Assembly: GCA_012026655.1 (NCBI GenBank)
Contig: JAAILG010002270.1
Location: forward strand, 1 to 56,096
DNA from: Hydrolagus affinis
Lineage: Eukaryota
Direction: 5' to 3'
Length of the DNA stretch: 56,096 bases
Shown: in pieces, positions 36,001-51,000 of the stretch
Numbering within the stretch: position 1 is the stretch's first letter
Layout: each line of letters begins with the position of its first letter
Notes under the pieces: generated by a model
What the model saw: only the letters and a program-made list of their open reading frames with translations
Told to the model about the DNA's origin: nothing
Database searches by the model: none
Program-made: the position numbers and the translations under genes

Positions 36001-39000
36001 GACCATGACAGATGCAGAATCAATATGGTCACTGATTCCAAAGCGGTTTTCAGCTTTGATGCGGAATTGATATTCTTCTCCAGTGGTCAGTTTCATGATT
36101 TTGATTACACTTCTGGCAGCACTTGCAGACACTTCTGACCAGGCTGCCGTACTGGTCTCTCGCTTGAGAACAATGTAATTGGTTACCTGACTGCCACCGT
36201 CGTAGGCTGGCGGTTGCCATTTCAATGTGACGCTATCTTCAGTGACGTCACTGACATTAACAGGGCCTAATGGGGGGCTGGGTCTGTCGAGGATCACAAT
36301 ATTGATAAATGATTTAGTCGTTCCACTGGAGTTGGAAGCAGTAATGTCATATCGGCCGGCGTCATTTGCCACACTTTCCCTCAGATTCACGATGATGCTC
36401 TCTGCGCTCATCTCCGTGTTAAATCTCATGGTTGACTTCATAATCAATCCGTCTCTCGACAAAGACACTTTGGGCTGTGGTTTACCAGATATTGGGATTT
36501 CGAATTTAAGATTGGATCCAGCTCTGACATATACTGTGTTGTGTGGAAAGTACTTCAGATTAATCTCAGGTGAATCTGAAAATAGAAAAGTATAAATATT
36601 TTATTTTAAAAGGTAAGAACTGAGCTATTTTCTACCACATTCCAATTTTGATCAGGAAGGTATCTGACACACCTTAGCCACTTATGACATTGGATTTCAA
36701 CAGCACGTTGTCTTAAAGCTGCTTTGTTTAAAATGTCATGTATAATAAAAAAAACTACAAAATATCATAACTGATGATATCAATGTAACTCACCAAGTTG
36801 TTCTTTCACAGTTACTGGTAGAAGCATTTCCTTAGGATCACTGAGGCCGGCTTGATTTTGAGCAGATACTCTGAAGAAGTATTCCCCATTCTCTCTCAAA
36901 CCTTCGATAACATGGTGTGTGGTGTTCACAACTGCACATTTGACCCACTTTTGCTGGCCTTTTTCAAGAGCCTCAATAAAGTAGCTGGTTATTCTGCTGC
37001 CTCCATCGTGTTCTGGCTTCGACCAAGCGAGAGACACACTATCCTTGGTGACATTCGTAATGCCAAGTCGTAGAGGTATACTTGGTTTTTCTGAAAGATA
37101 TAACATACATAGTATTTATAGGTATTCATCAGAGAAAATATACTCTGAATTTAAAATTGTAGATATGTACTCCAAGTTCTAAAAATAAAATAAATACAGT
37201 ATTTATAATAAAAAGTATTTAAACTAGCTACCATTTTAAAATCTATTTTCTTTGGTCTCTCTATCCCAGGCTAAATTACCAGACTGAGAGAACACGTAAT
37301 GAAACCTGCTCACTGGTATTTAAAATAATATAGTCCATCAATCAGGTCCTGAGAATGTTTATTTTCTTAATCTTACGTGCAACTTAGTTTCTTTAACATC
37401 TCATGTCAAATCACCATCGTTGCCAGCACTCAATTTCTTTAAAACCTCATGAATATCTTGTATCCTTAACACTGGTTTCACAATGTTTACAGCTTTCCAA
37501 CAAGAAGAGCCGTATTTCTCTTATTTCCTTGTCGATGTTGACTAGTTTTAGTTGATAAGATGCTACAGTGAAGTAAATAAGAGGTGCTAAAAATTGTCTA
37601 ACTTTGTTGTGCTAGACTTTCAGTGAAGCTTGTGGGCAAAATGCGGCAGACGTTTGCACACAGCAGTCCCACAAACAACAACAAAATTACATTTATAGAG
37701 CGCCTTTCACGTCGGGAGGACGTCCCAAGGCATCCCAATCGTGGACCAGCATGTTGTACACCAATGTGTACTGTTATAGCTCTGAAATATTCTACAAACG
37801 AAAACTGATAACATACCTGTCACTTTAACACCTTCTTTGGTCTCAATTGGAACACCGATACCAAATTCATTTTCTCCCCTGACGCGGAAGTAGTAAATGG
37901 CACCCTCTTGTAGATCGGTAACTTTGTAAGTGAGGCGATGGCAATTGTTGGTCACGCAGACCCAAGCCTTCTTACTAGCTTCACGTTTTTCAATGTGATA
38001 ATTCTTCACACGAGCACTGCCTTCATTTTCCGGTACATCCCAGGCCAGCAGGACTGAATCTCTGGTTACTTCCCTTGGAATAATAGCTCCAGGAGGTCCA
38101 GGGGAGTCCAGAACCTTAACAACTAGTGTCAGTGTGGCCGTAGCTAGCACATTCTGTAATGTTACTACATATTTGCCAGAGTCGTTCCTTGTTGCTTTTT
38201 CTATAGTTAATGATGTCATTAAATCTTTACTATCAATAGTTCCTCGTACACGGAGATCTACATTGGATTTGCTCCACATGACATTTGGTATTGGTTTACC
38301 TTTGAACGGCACTGCTAATGTAAAGGAGCCTCCAGCTTTGATAATCAAAGTTTTGCGCATTTCATTGTCGATATCGAAAGCAGGCTCTTCTTCCCTTTCC
38401 TTTGCAATGTGTGGCTCAGATACCTCACTTGGATCGCTGACACCAACCTTATTGATGGAAAATAAACGGAAAACATATTCTGCTCCTGATGTGAGTCCAA
38501 TTACTGTAAATTCTGTGCCTCTCAGGTTCTGGATGGCTGTAGACCATTCGGTTTCTTCAGACGTTTTATACTGTACAGTGTATCCAGTGACAGGTGAACC
38601 GCCATCAAATAGGGGCTTTGTCCAAGCAAGAGAAATACTTGTTTTTGTAAAGTCAACAACTTTGGGTTTGGATGGAGCAGCAGGTATAAAGATTGGATCT
38701 TCTGCACGCACAAATGTTGATGCTTCACTTGCAGGACCCACACCCGCAGCATTTTCCGCAGACACGCGATATTCATATTCAGCGCTTTCACGAAGTCCTG
38801 AGGCCTTCACTCTCAGATCGTACACGGGTTTCTTATTGACCCGCAACCAGCGGAGCCCATTCTTCTCACGTTTCTCAATGATGTAACCAGCAATTGCATT
38901 GCCACCATCACTGTCGGGTCTTGACCAGCAGATAGTCATGGTATCCTTTGTTACGTTGGTAATTTCCAATGATTTTGGTGCACTAGGAATTGTGTATGGC

Positions 39001-42000
39001 TCAAGCGCTTTCTTCGGTTCACTTTCTAAAACTTCACCGACTCCGTACTTGTTAACTCCCATCACTCTGAAAATATATTCATTACCTCGGAGCAGTTTAG
39101 TTACTCTACAGGAGGTTGTTCTCAACTCATCTGTCACCATGGTCCATGCAAGGCGACTTGTTTCACGCCTTTCCACAATGTAATGATCAATATTTGCTCC
39201 TCCGTTCTCTTGAGGAGGTGCCCAGGACAGTGAACACTTTTCAGATGTAAGACCAGAGACTTCTAAAGGTCCAGCAGATGGGCCTGGTCGATCTAGTACC
39301 TTGAGGTTCATCGCTAGGGATCTTGTTCCAGCAACGTTTTGCAGTGTTAACACATACTGTCCTGAGTCTCGCCTAATGCAGTCCTTCACCACAATTGTAG
39401 TGGTCTTGTCAGTCGACTGGATTTCAGTCCTTGCTTGTCCTTCAAGCTCTTTACCATCCTTTGTCCACGATACCACTGGAAGAGGTCGCCCTGCAATATC
39501 TGCATTGATCTTCACCATATCTCCAGCCTTAACAACAATTTCCCTAAATTTAGCATCCATCATAATTCTGGGAGCTTCCACATCATCTTTCACAGTAATG
39601 GGACCTGTTGATTCAGATGCTTCACTGAATAAACCTACGGAATTCTTTGCAATAACATGAAACTCGTAACGTTGATCTTCAGTCAGGCCAGTAACATCAA
39701 AATACCTTTCTGGGATGTTAGTAAAGTTGCATTTCAACCAGCGGCCATCTGGCAACTCTCTGTTTTCTACAATATAACCAGTGATTTTAGCACCACCGTC
39801 ATATTCCGGTTTAGTCCAAGACAATGAAACTGAGGTCCTGGTAATATTTGTTACCTCTGGTTGACCTGGAGGATCGCATGGGTCTCTTGCCGCAACTGGC
39901 TCGCAAACCTTACTGCATTTGCCAATACCCGCGATGTTCTGGGCATACACACGGTATTCATACATCAACCCTTCGTCAAGAGCAGAGACTTTAATCTTTG
40001 TGTCGGTCACAAGACTTCTGTTCACCTTCGTCCACAAGATACTGCTTCTTTCTTTGCGTTCAACATGGTACCCAAGAATCCTGGAGCCTCCGTCAATGAC
40101 TGGCTCGTTCCACTTCACAATCATGTAATTTTTAGTAGCATGTGCGACGATGGGAGTTGAAGGAGGACCGGGTAGTTTAAACGGGTACTGGGCAACAATA
40201 CTGTGAGAATCCGTACTGTGGCTCTTGCCATAACGGTTTTCTGCAAAAACACGGAACTGGTATTCGCTCCCCGATGTAAGGCGTGTAATTTTCATAGATG
40301 TTCTGGCAACAGTAGCAGATACAGTTTCCCAAGTTGTTGTTGTTGTGTCTCTCTTTTCAACAATGTAATTGTTAATTTGGCAACCGCCGTCGTACTGTGG
40401 TGGGTCCCAAGATATAGTGATATTATCAGCACTGACCTCATCCACTTGAATTGTGCCAGGTGGCCCTGGTTTGTCAAGAACAACAACATTGATTAGGGAG
40501 GTTGTTGACCCTGTGCTATTGGAGACAATTAGCTCATATTTTCCAACATTTTCCTTTGATGCTTCCTTAATGTTTATAATTGTAGTTGTCTTTGATGTCT
40601 GAACATTCACTCGTGTGGTTTGTTTCAAAGCCTGTCCGTCTTTATTCCATGCCACAGTGGGCAATGGTCTTCCTCTGAAAGGTACCTCAATCTTGAGGTC
40701 ATCACCAGCCTTCACACTGAAACTGTTGAACGTGAGTTCAATGGATGGTGCAATTTCAACATCTTTTGCAATGACTGGTACTCCCAACTGTCTTGGATCA
40801 CTCTTTCCTTTCTCATTCACAGCAATAACTCTGAAAGTATATTCCTCGCCCGCTGTTAGTCCTTTAATAGTTGTCTCCAATACTTTTTCTTGAGTGCACA
40901 ATGTCCATTTTTCACTTCCTTTAGTTTGCATTTCGATGATATAGCTAGATATTTTGCTACCACCATCGTGGTCAGGTTTCTCCCAGGTGAGAGTTGCAGT
41001 CTTTCGTGTCACATCTACCAATGTTACTTTGCCAGGAGGCAAGGGCACCTCAGATGCTTTAATGGGCTCGGCAGTATCTGCTGGTAGGCCTGTTCCAAAC
41101 TCGTTGACTGCCAAGACACGGAAACAATAAATACCTCCTTCTTGAAGTGATTCAATTCTGAATGTCGTCTTAGTACAGTTGTTGGTAACTGAAGCAAAAG
41201 CCTTTCTGGTGGATTCACGTTTCTCCACAATGTAATTGGTAATCTTTGCTCCACCATCAATAAGAGGGGCTTCCCATGCCAATGTCGCAGAATCTTTCTT
41301 TATCTCTCTTATATGGAGGTTCACAGGCGCACTTGGTGAATCAAGCACTCTGACGTTAACAAAAGCAGATTTAGTACCACTGTTATTTTCCAATGTTAAC
41401 TGATATTTACCGCTGTGAAACCTGTTGACATTATCAAGAACCAACATGGTATAAGAGCTTGTAACTTCAATCTGGGTTCGTTCACTGAGATTTCCTTCAG
41501 CTTTCTCCCATTTTGCTTCGGGTTCTGGTCTTCCTTTAATGGGAACAAATAGCCTCAAAGTACCACCGGCACGTACAGACACGACCTTCCGGAGGTCAGC
41601 ATCCAGCTCAATTTCTGGTGGTTCCAATTTCTCAGCTGCAACAATTGCCTCAGCAACATTTGCCGGTTCACCGACTCCTTCAGAGTTAATGGCACACACG
41701 CGGAAGTTGTATTCAGTGTTCTCTTTCAATTTCTCCACCTTAAAGTGGGTAGACTGCACCCCTGTTGGAGGCGTGCAAGTGGTCCAGTCTTCAGCACTAG
41801 CTTCTTTCATCTCTACAGAATACCCTCTAATTTGAGCCCCGCCATCATAGATAGGTTTGCCCCACGCAAGCGATACTGTTGACCTGGTCGTGTCCGTCAC
41901 CTTTGGGTTGCTTGGTGGACCAGGAGGATAAATGGCATCACAAGCTTTGTAGAACACACTTGGTTCACTTGGGTCACCTACACCAGCAGCGTTTTCTGCA

Positions 42001-45000
42001 GATACGCGGAATTCATAGAAATGTCCGTCTACCAGACCAGTCGCTCTGAAACGCAAATCAGTCAATCTCTTTTTATTGCACTTAGTCCACCTGATTCCAT
42101 CCTTGTCTCGTTTTTCCAGTATATAACCTTCAAGCTCAGCTCCACCGTTGTCAGTAGGACGACCCCAGGTTATAACCATTGAGTCCTTAGAGATAGATGT
42201 AACTTCAGGTGTTGTTGGTGGACCCGGTACGTGGAATGGATTTTTGGCCACAACCGCTTCAGATTCCAGTGGCTCACCGATGCCATACTTATTCACAGCC
42301 ATTACACGGAATATGTACTCGTTGCCTGGAAGCAGTTTGGTTACTTTGTGACTGATGGCTTGCAAGTTAGTCTCCACTTGCGTCCAGGATAGTCTGCTGG
42401 TTTCTCTCTTTTCAATGATGTAGTGAGAAATACTTGCACCGCCTTCTTGGGAAGGTGGGTTCCAGGCCAAGTAGCATTTTTCTGCTGTAACACCATGGAC
42501 CTTCAGAATACCATCTGGAGGACCAGGCCTATCGAGGATCTTAACAGTTATGGGAATAGATTTTGTACCGCCTACATTGCTGAGTTGAAGTGTGTAGTGC
42601 CCTCCGTCAATTCTTATACAATCTTTGACTGTGAGAGCAGTTTTGTGAAGGGTTGATTTAATCTCCATTCTGGCAATATTTTCTTCCAGATATTTGCCAT
42701 CTTTCATCCATTTTACTTCAGGTAAGGGTTTACCATAGATATCAGCTTCCAGTACAAAGCTGTCACCTGCATTAGCAACAATAACATCCTTGTACTTGGG
42801 GTCTAAGGAAGCTCTAGGGGCTTCAATCTCATCTCTTGCTGTAATTGGTCCAGTGCTTTCAGAGGGTTCACTGAAAATACCAGCTGCGTTTCTTGCAAGT
42901 ATTCTAAATTCATATCTTGCATCTTCAGTTAATCCAGTCACGTTAAATTCAGTTTCGATTATGTTAGTGAAACTGGCCTTCATCCAGCGACCTTCAGGAA
43001 GCTCTTTCTTTTCAATAAAATATCCGGTGATCTTGCTACCACCATCGTACGGAGGCTTTGTCCAATGGAGAACAATGTTATTTCTTGTGATGATAACAGC
43101 TTCAGGTCGGCCAGGAGGATCACAAGGATCGCGGGCTACGTAACATTCGGAAACCTTGCTAGATTTACTGATGCCAACGATATTCTCTGCAAAGACTCTG
43201 AACTCATATTCAATACCTTCTTCCAGATTGCTACACTTGAAATGAGTGTCTTGGATGATCGTTTTGTTCAATTTTACCCAAAGAATACTGTTCTTTTCTT
43301 TACGTTCAAGGTGGTAACCCAAAATACTACTTCCACCATCGTTTACTGGTTCATTCCACTGGATATGCATGACGTCCTTTGTCGCAGTTGAAACAAGTGG
43401 TGTAGCTGGAGGGCCAGGCAGCTTGTAGGGATATTGTGCAACAACTGCTGCCGAATCTAAAGACGAGCTCCTGCCATACCTGTTTTCGGCAAAGATTCTG
43501 AACTGGTATTCATTTCCTGTGGTCAGTTTCATCACTTTAATGATTGTTCTAGCTACAGTTGCAGAGACCAACTGCCAAGCAGTGGTCGTTGTGTCCCGCT
43601 TCTCCACAATGTAGTTGTTAATTTGGCAACCTCCGGTGTATTCAGGGGCATCCCATGAAAGTACAACAAACTGAGCACTAACTTCATCAAATCGCATTGG
43701 CCCGCTTGGAGGACCTGGTTTATCAAGCACTGTAATGCTAATGTCTTCTGTGGCTGACCCAGCACTGTTTGTAGCACTAACTGAATACTTTCCAAAGTCA
43801 TCCTTATGACTGTCTTTGATCATAAGTATTGTTGAGGTTGCAGTTTCCTCCACATTTACCCTTGTCGTTTGTTTCAGTGTCTGTCCATCCTTTGTCCAAA
43901 TAATCTTAGGTTTTGGACGTCCCATCACTGGAACTTCAATCTTCAGGTCTTCTCCAGCTTTGACACTATAAGTGTTGAATACGAGTTTGAAACTAGGCTC
44001 AATATTTTGATCTTTAGCTATCACTGGCACTGCGAGGAGTCTCGGGTCACTCTTTCCTTTCTCATTAAAAGCTAATATTCGGAAGAGATATTCATTCCCT
44101 GAACTGAGACCAGCAACAACTGCTTCGCATGTTTTAGACTGGGTCACAATACCCCATTTGTCAGATCCTTTTGGTTGCATTTCGACCAAGTATCCCAAAA
44201 TTCTGCTGCCACCATCATGTTCTGGCTTCTCCCAAGATAGGGAGACACTCTGCTTAGTGACATCAGTGAGAGTAACTTTACCTGGTGCTAAAGGTACCTC
44301 GGAAGCCTTCATCGCCTCCAGAGTCTCAACGGGTATACCAACTCCAAACTCATTTTCCGCCAAGACTCTGAAGTAATAGGTCGCTCCTTCAGTAAGATTC
44401 TCAACTTTGAAGCTGCACTTGCTACATTTAGTGGTCACGTTAGCATAAGCTTTCCTGGTTGATTCTCGCTTATCGATAACATAGTTTTTAACCTTTGCAC
44501 CTCCATCAATAATGGGTGGATCCCATGAGAGTGTGGCTGAGTTTCTCTTTATGTCTTTCACAGTTAGGTTTTGTGGAGCTCCTGGTGTGTCCAACACCTT
44601 GACTGAAACAAATGCAGATTTGATGCCACCACTGTTTTCTAGAGTCAAAATATATTTTCCAGCATCATTTCGATCACAGTTATCTATCGTCACTTGCGTG
44701 TAATTATGTCCCTTTTCTACTTGTCCCTTTTCATTTATTTCACCTTCGTCCTTTGACCAACTAATCTCAGGAGCAGGTCTGCCTTTGAACGCTATAAAGA
44801 TCCTAGCAGTATTACCCGCTCTGACTGTAATCCCTTTCCTTAATTCTCCATGAAGTTCAATTTCAGGTGCCTCAAGTTTATCTTCTGGTTTAATTGTGCC
44901 AGGTACTGTTGCTGGTTCACCTACTCCTGGCTTGTTGATGGCACATACGCGAGCATTATATTCCTGTCCTTCGATGAGTTTTACGATTTCAAAGCGGGTT

Positions 45001-48000
45001 ACTCGTAAACCGGTCTGTGGAGTGCACATGGTCCAGTCTTCCTCGTCTGCTTTGCGGATTTCTACTAAGTATCCCTGAATTTCACTCCCACCGTCGTAAA
45101 TTGGTTTGCCCCAGACAAGCACAACAGAATTCTTTGTGGTGTCTACAATGTGTGGATTAGCTGGTGGCCCAGGTTTGAACATTGGATCAGAAGCTTTGTA
45201 GAAAACTGAGGCCTGAGATGGTTGGCCAATTCCAGCGGTGTTTTCAGCAGACAATCTGAATTCATATTCATGGTCTTCCATGAGTCCTGTCACTCGGAAG
45301 CGCAAGTCTGTAATTCTACGCCGGTTACACTTTGTCCATCTGATTCCAACCCTGTCCCTCTTCTCCACGATGTAACCTATGATTTCACTACCACCATCGC
45401 TGTCTGGTCTGGTCCAGCATACAGTCATGGAGTCTTTGGCAATGTTGGTTACCTCCAATGATTTGGGTGGACTAGGAGGTACAAATGGGTTCTTCATCAT
45501 AATGGGTGCAGACTCCAAAGACTCACCGATCCCATACTTGTTGACTGCCATGACACGGAAGATATATTCATTGCCCTCCAAAAGCTTGGTAACTTTATGC
45601 ATAGTAGTTTGAAGTTCTGAAGTCACAACAGTCCAGGCCAAACGACTGGTTTCTCTTTTCTCAATGATATAGTGTGAAATGTTACTTCCACCATCGTACT
45701 GTGGTGGACTCCAAGCGAGAGAGCACTTTTCAGCAGTGACGCCGGTAACTTGCATTGGTCCCTCTGGAGGTCCAGGTCTGTCCAAGACCTTTACGTTTAT
45801 GGGAACAGATTTAGTCCCTGCCACGTTAGAGACTTGAAGAATGTACTGTCCGCCATCCACTCTGATTGCATCCTTTACAATAATCAGAGCTTTGAAGTCA
45901 CTGTTTTTGATCTCATGTCTTGCTGATTCTTCCACTTCTTTGTCACCCTTGAACCACTGAATAACAGGTAATGGCTTGCCATAAACATCAGCATCCAGCT
46001 TAAATACATCACCTGCATTAACCACAATTGTGTCTCTGTATTTGGGGTCCATAGATATTCTAGGTGGGTCAACCTCATCCTTTGCAGTTATTGGCCCAGT
46101 GCTGTCAGATGGTTTACTAACTGTACCTGCAGCATTTTTAGCAATGACTCTGAAGTCATACCTGTTATCTTCAGTGAGACCAGTAACAGTGAATTGGGTT
46201 TCAATTATATTTGTGAAACTGGCCTTCATCCAGCGACCCTCAGGTAGGTCACGCTTCTCAACAATGTAACCAGTAATTAAGCTGCCACCGTCGTATTCTG
46301 GCTTTGTCCACTGAAGTGTAATTACACTTCTGGTAACAATAAGAGGTTCTGGGCAACCTGGTGGATCGCATGGATCACGGGCAACATAGCACTCGGAGAG
46401 CTTGCTTGATTTACCAATTCCAACAATGTTTTCAGCATATACTCTGAATTCATATTCAATTCCTTCTTCGAGTCCAGTGATCTTAAACCTTGTATCTTGT
46501 ATGATGCTTTTATTGACTTTGGACCAAAGAATACTATTTCTTTCCTTGCGTTCAAGATGATAGCCTACTACTCTGCTACCCCCATCATTGATTGGTTCAT
46601 GCCATTCCACAATCATGGTCTCTTTAGTAGCATTTGGAACAAATGGTGTACCTGGTGGGCCGGGCTCTTTGTATGGATATTGGGCAATAATCGCCTGAGA
46701 ATCTAAAGCAAAACTTCTACCATACCTATTCTCGGCATATACTCTAAATTGATATTCTTTTCCTGTTTTTAGTTTGGTTATCTTGAGAGTTGTTCTTGCC
46801 ACTGTTGCTGAAACAAGCTCCCAGCTTGTTGTGGTTGTATCTCTCTTCTCAACAACGTAATTAGTTATTTGGCAGCCTCCGGTAAAGGCTGGTGGTTCCC
46901 AAGTAATTGTGATGCTTTCAGCGCTAACGGCATCAAATTTAACAGGGCCACTGGGTGGACCAGGCTTGTCTAGGGTTATGACTTCGAAAGATGCCGTCTT
47001 TTGGCCAACAACGTTGCTCACAGAAATGGCATACATTCCGTTGTCTTCTTTAACTGAATCCTTGATGGTTAGTACTGTATGATGATCGGTGTCAGTAACA
47101 TTGACTCTGGTTGTTTGCTTGAGTGACTGACCATCCTTTGTCCAAATAATCATTGGTTTAGGTCGTCCAGCGATAGGTATTTCAACTTTCAAGTCATGTC
47201 CAACTTGTACATTATAGCTGTTAAAAGCAGGCTTGACATCTGGTTCAATCACTAGATCTTTGGCAACCACAGGCACTGCTAGGGTTCTTGGGTCACTTTT
47301 GCCCTTCTCATTGACTGCCATAACTCTGAACAAGTAATGTTCTCCCTGTACAAGACTCGAAATGACTGTTTCAAGGGTTTTTACATATGCACACGCTGCC
47401 CACTTTTCACTGCCTTTACTTTGCATTTCTACCACATACTGGATAATTCTGCTTCCGCCATCATGTTCAGGTTTCTCCCAGCTCAAAGACACAGAATTTC
47501 TTGTTACATCAACCACTGTTATTTTTCCTGGAGGCTGTGGCACTTCAGATATTTTAACAGGATCAATGGTTTCTGCGGTTAACCCAATCCCGTGCTCATT
47601 CTCAGCACAGACTCTGAAATAGTAACTGCAACCTTCCTGGAGTTGTTCTATTGTAAAGGAAGTCTTGTGGCAGTTGGTGACAACGGCAGAGTAGGCTTTC
47701 CTTGTGGATTCACGTTTTTCCACGATATAATTCTTAATCTTTGCCCCACCGTCCAACGAAGGCAGTTCCCATGATAAGGTTACGTTTTCCTTTGTTATCG
47801 CCTTAACCTTCAAATTAACTGGTGGACTTGGTGTGTCGAGCACTCTCACACTAACAAAGGCAGATTTTGATCCACTGCTGTTTTCCAAGCTTAACATGTA
47901 TTTCCCGGTGTCATATCTGTTAACGTTGTCAATTACAAGCATTGTGTAACTGTCGGACACGTCAATTTGTGCGGTGTCTCTGATTTCACCTTCCGACTTA

Positions 48001-51000
48001 GTCCATTTCACTTCTGGAGCAGGACATCCTCTGATAGGAACAAATAATCTTAAAGAACAACTGGCTCTTACATTAATGATCTTTCTCAAGTCAGCACCGA
48101 GATCAACGTCCGGAGCTTCTAATTTATCTTCCAAAAGGACAGGGTCGGCAATATCAGTGGGTTCACCAACTCCAGCTTTATTAACAGCACAAACACGGAA
48201 TTTGTATTCATGTTTTTCCACCAATTTATCCACTTGAAATTGAGTCTGCTTAATGCCGCTTGCTGCTGTGCACATTATCCATTCATTGGTGCTGGTGTCA
48301 CACATCTCTACGATGTATCCTTGGATTTCACATCCGCCATCATAAATGGGTTTGCTCCATGAAAGAGAAACAAAAGATCTTGTAACGTTAGTGACTTTGG
48401 GATTGTTGGGTGGGCCAGGTTTGTAGATCGGATCAGCAGCCTTGTAGAAAGGAGAGGATGCACTTGGGACACTAATGCCAGCAGCATTCTCAGCAGATAC
48501 TCTAAACTCATAATCATGGTATTCCATTAGTCCGGTCACCCTGAATCGGAGTTCAGTGATGACCCGCTTATTACACCTTGTCCATCTTATTCCTGCTTTG
48601 TCACGCTTCTCTAAAATATATCCATTAATTTCACTACCACCATCGGATGCAGGTCTTCCCCATACAACAATCATTGAATCTTTTGTAATAGCTGTAACCT
48701 CAGGTGTCTGGGGTGCATTAGGGGGCACAAATGGATTCTTTGCTATTACTGATTCAGATTCCAGCGAATCACCAACACCATATTTATTTACTGCCATAAT
48801 ACGGAAGATGTATTCATTTCCTTCCAGAAATTTGGTAACTTTGTAACTCAGAGTCAGTACATTAGAGTCAACTAATGTCCAGACCAATCGACTAGTTTCT
48901 CGCTTTTCAATAATGTAATGGGAAATCGCACTCCCACCATCGTGGCTTGGTGGCTTCCAAGCCAATGTGCATTTCTCAGCAGTCAATCCAGTTATAGTAA
49001 TTGGTCCTTCCGGTGGTCCTGGCCTGTCAAGCACCTTCACGGTTACATGAACAATCTTTTCACCTGCTACATTCCTTACCAATAGGGTGTACTGACCGCC
49101 GTCCACTCGAACTGCTTCCTTGACTGTGAGAACAGTATTGAAATCGGTACTTTTAATTTCCATCCTGGCTGTGTTTTCAAGTTCTTTGCTTCCTTTCATC
49201 CATTGGATTGTTGGGATTGGTTTACCATAAATATCAGCTTCGATCTTAAATACTTCACCGGCATTTACTACAATAGCTTCCCTATATTGTGGATCCATGC
49301 TCACTCGAGGTGGATCAACTTCATCTCTGGCAGTGATGGGGCCAGTGCTTTCTGATGGTTCACTGAACACACCAGCTGCATTTCTGGCACACACTCTGAA
49401 CTCATACCTTTGGTCCTCCACTAAACCAGTTACAACAAAATTGGTATCGATGATATTAGTGAAGCTAGCTTTCATCCAGCGGCCTTCGGGAAGCTCCTTC
49501 TTTTCAACAAAATACCCAGTGATTTTGCTTCCTCCATCGTATTCGGGTTTGTTCCACTGAAGATGCACTGAATTTCTGGTGACAATCACAGCTTCTGGGC
49601 GACTTGGAGGATCGCATGGGTCTCGAGCTACGACACATTCCGATACTTTGCTAGGTTTGCCAATGCCAACAATATTCTCAGCGTAGACCCTGTACTCATA
49701 TTCAATGCCCTCTTCAAGATTGGTGGACTTCATCTGGGTGTCGGAAATAATTGATTTGTTCATTTTGATCCATAGAATGCTGTTTCTTTCTTTGCGTTCA
49801 AGGTGATAGCCCAGAATCCTACTGCCACCATCATTGACGGGTTCGTTCCATTGTACGAGCATACTCTCCTTTGTAACGTGTGTTATAAAAGGAGTACCAG
49901 GAGGACCAGGGATCTTGTAGGGAAATTGTGCAATAATAGACTCGGAAATAAGAAAGCTGCTCTTTCCGTATCTATTCTCAGCTGCGATTCTGAATTGATA
50001 TTCTATGCCCTTCTTTAAACGTGTGGCTTTGATTGTTGTTCTGGCAATGGTAGCGGACACAATCTGCCAGACAGTAGTCGAAGTGTCTCTCTTTTCAACT
50101 ATATAATTATTGATTTGACATCCACCGTCGTACACCGGTGGTTCCCACGCGAGGATCATGCTGTCTGAAGTAACTCCATCGATCTTGACTGGCCCAGTTG
50201 GAGGTCCAGGCTTATCCAAAACAACAATACCAAGAATTTGAGTTGTTTCGCCTGCAGCATTTGTTAGTTTTATTGTGTATTGGCCAACATCCTCGCGACA
50301 AGCTTCCTTAATTACTAGAAGGCCCTTGCTATCTTTCAATTCAGCGTTGACTCTGGTTGTTTGTTTCAATGGCTGGTTGTCTTTCAGCCATGTTATTGTT
50401 GGTTTGGGACGAGCAACAAATGGCACATCAACTTTCAAGTCTTCTCCTGCTAGAACGCTGAACGTGGTAAACAGAAGTTTGAAAGAAGGAAGGATTACGA
50501 GATCCTTGGCAATAACAGGGACGCCCAGTTGTCGAGGATCACTGATACCTTTTTCATTCTGTGCTGATATTCGGAACATATACTCTTCACCTTGGGTCAG
50601 CCCAGTTATGGTGGCTTCGGTTAGCTTCACAGTAGCACATGTTGTCCACTTTTCACTTCCTTTACTTTGCATTTCCACAATGTATCCTACTATCCGGCTA
50701 CCTCCATCATGCTCTGGCTTCTCCCATGACAGCATTGCACTGTTTCTTGTTACATCTACAAGGGTTACTTTACCTGGTGGAAGCGGTCTTTCTGACACCT
50801 TAACTGCATCAGATGTCTCAACAGGAAGACCCACTCCATACTCATTTTCAGCCAGGACACGGAAGTAATAGTTGCAACCTTCTTGTAAGGTGTCCACCTT
50901 CCAGGTTGTCTTGTGACAGTTGGCGATGACTGTGGAGTACGCTTTCCTGGTGGATTCCCGTTTTTCTACTATGTAATTGTTGATCTTGGAACCGCCATCA

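Noticed and set aside
921-37731. Recurring ~55-nt motif (caacaa...atttatagagcgcctttcacgtcgggaggacgtcccaagg) as a CRISPR-like or novel regulatory repeat
   Set aside because: Dispersed, in both orientations, with a microsatellite tail, and joined to L2 ORF2 remnants at 7095-7390. It is an ordinary LINE 3' end.
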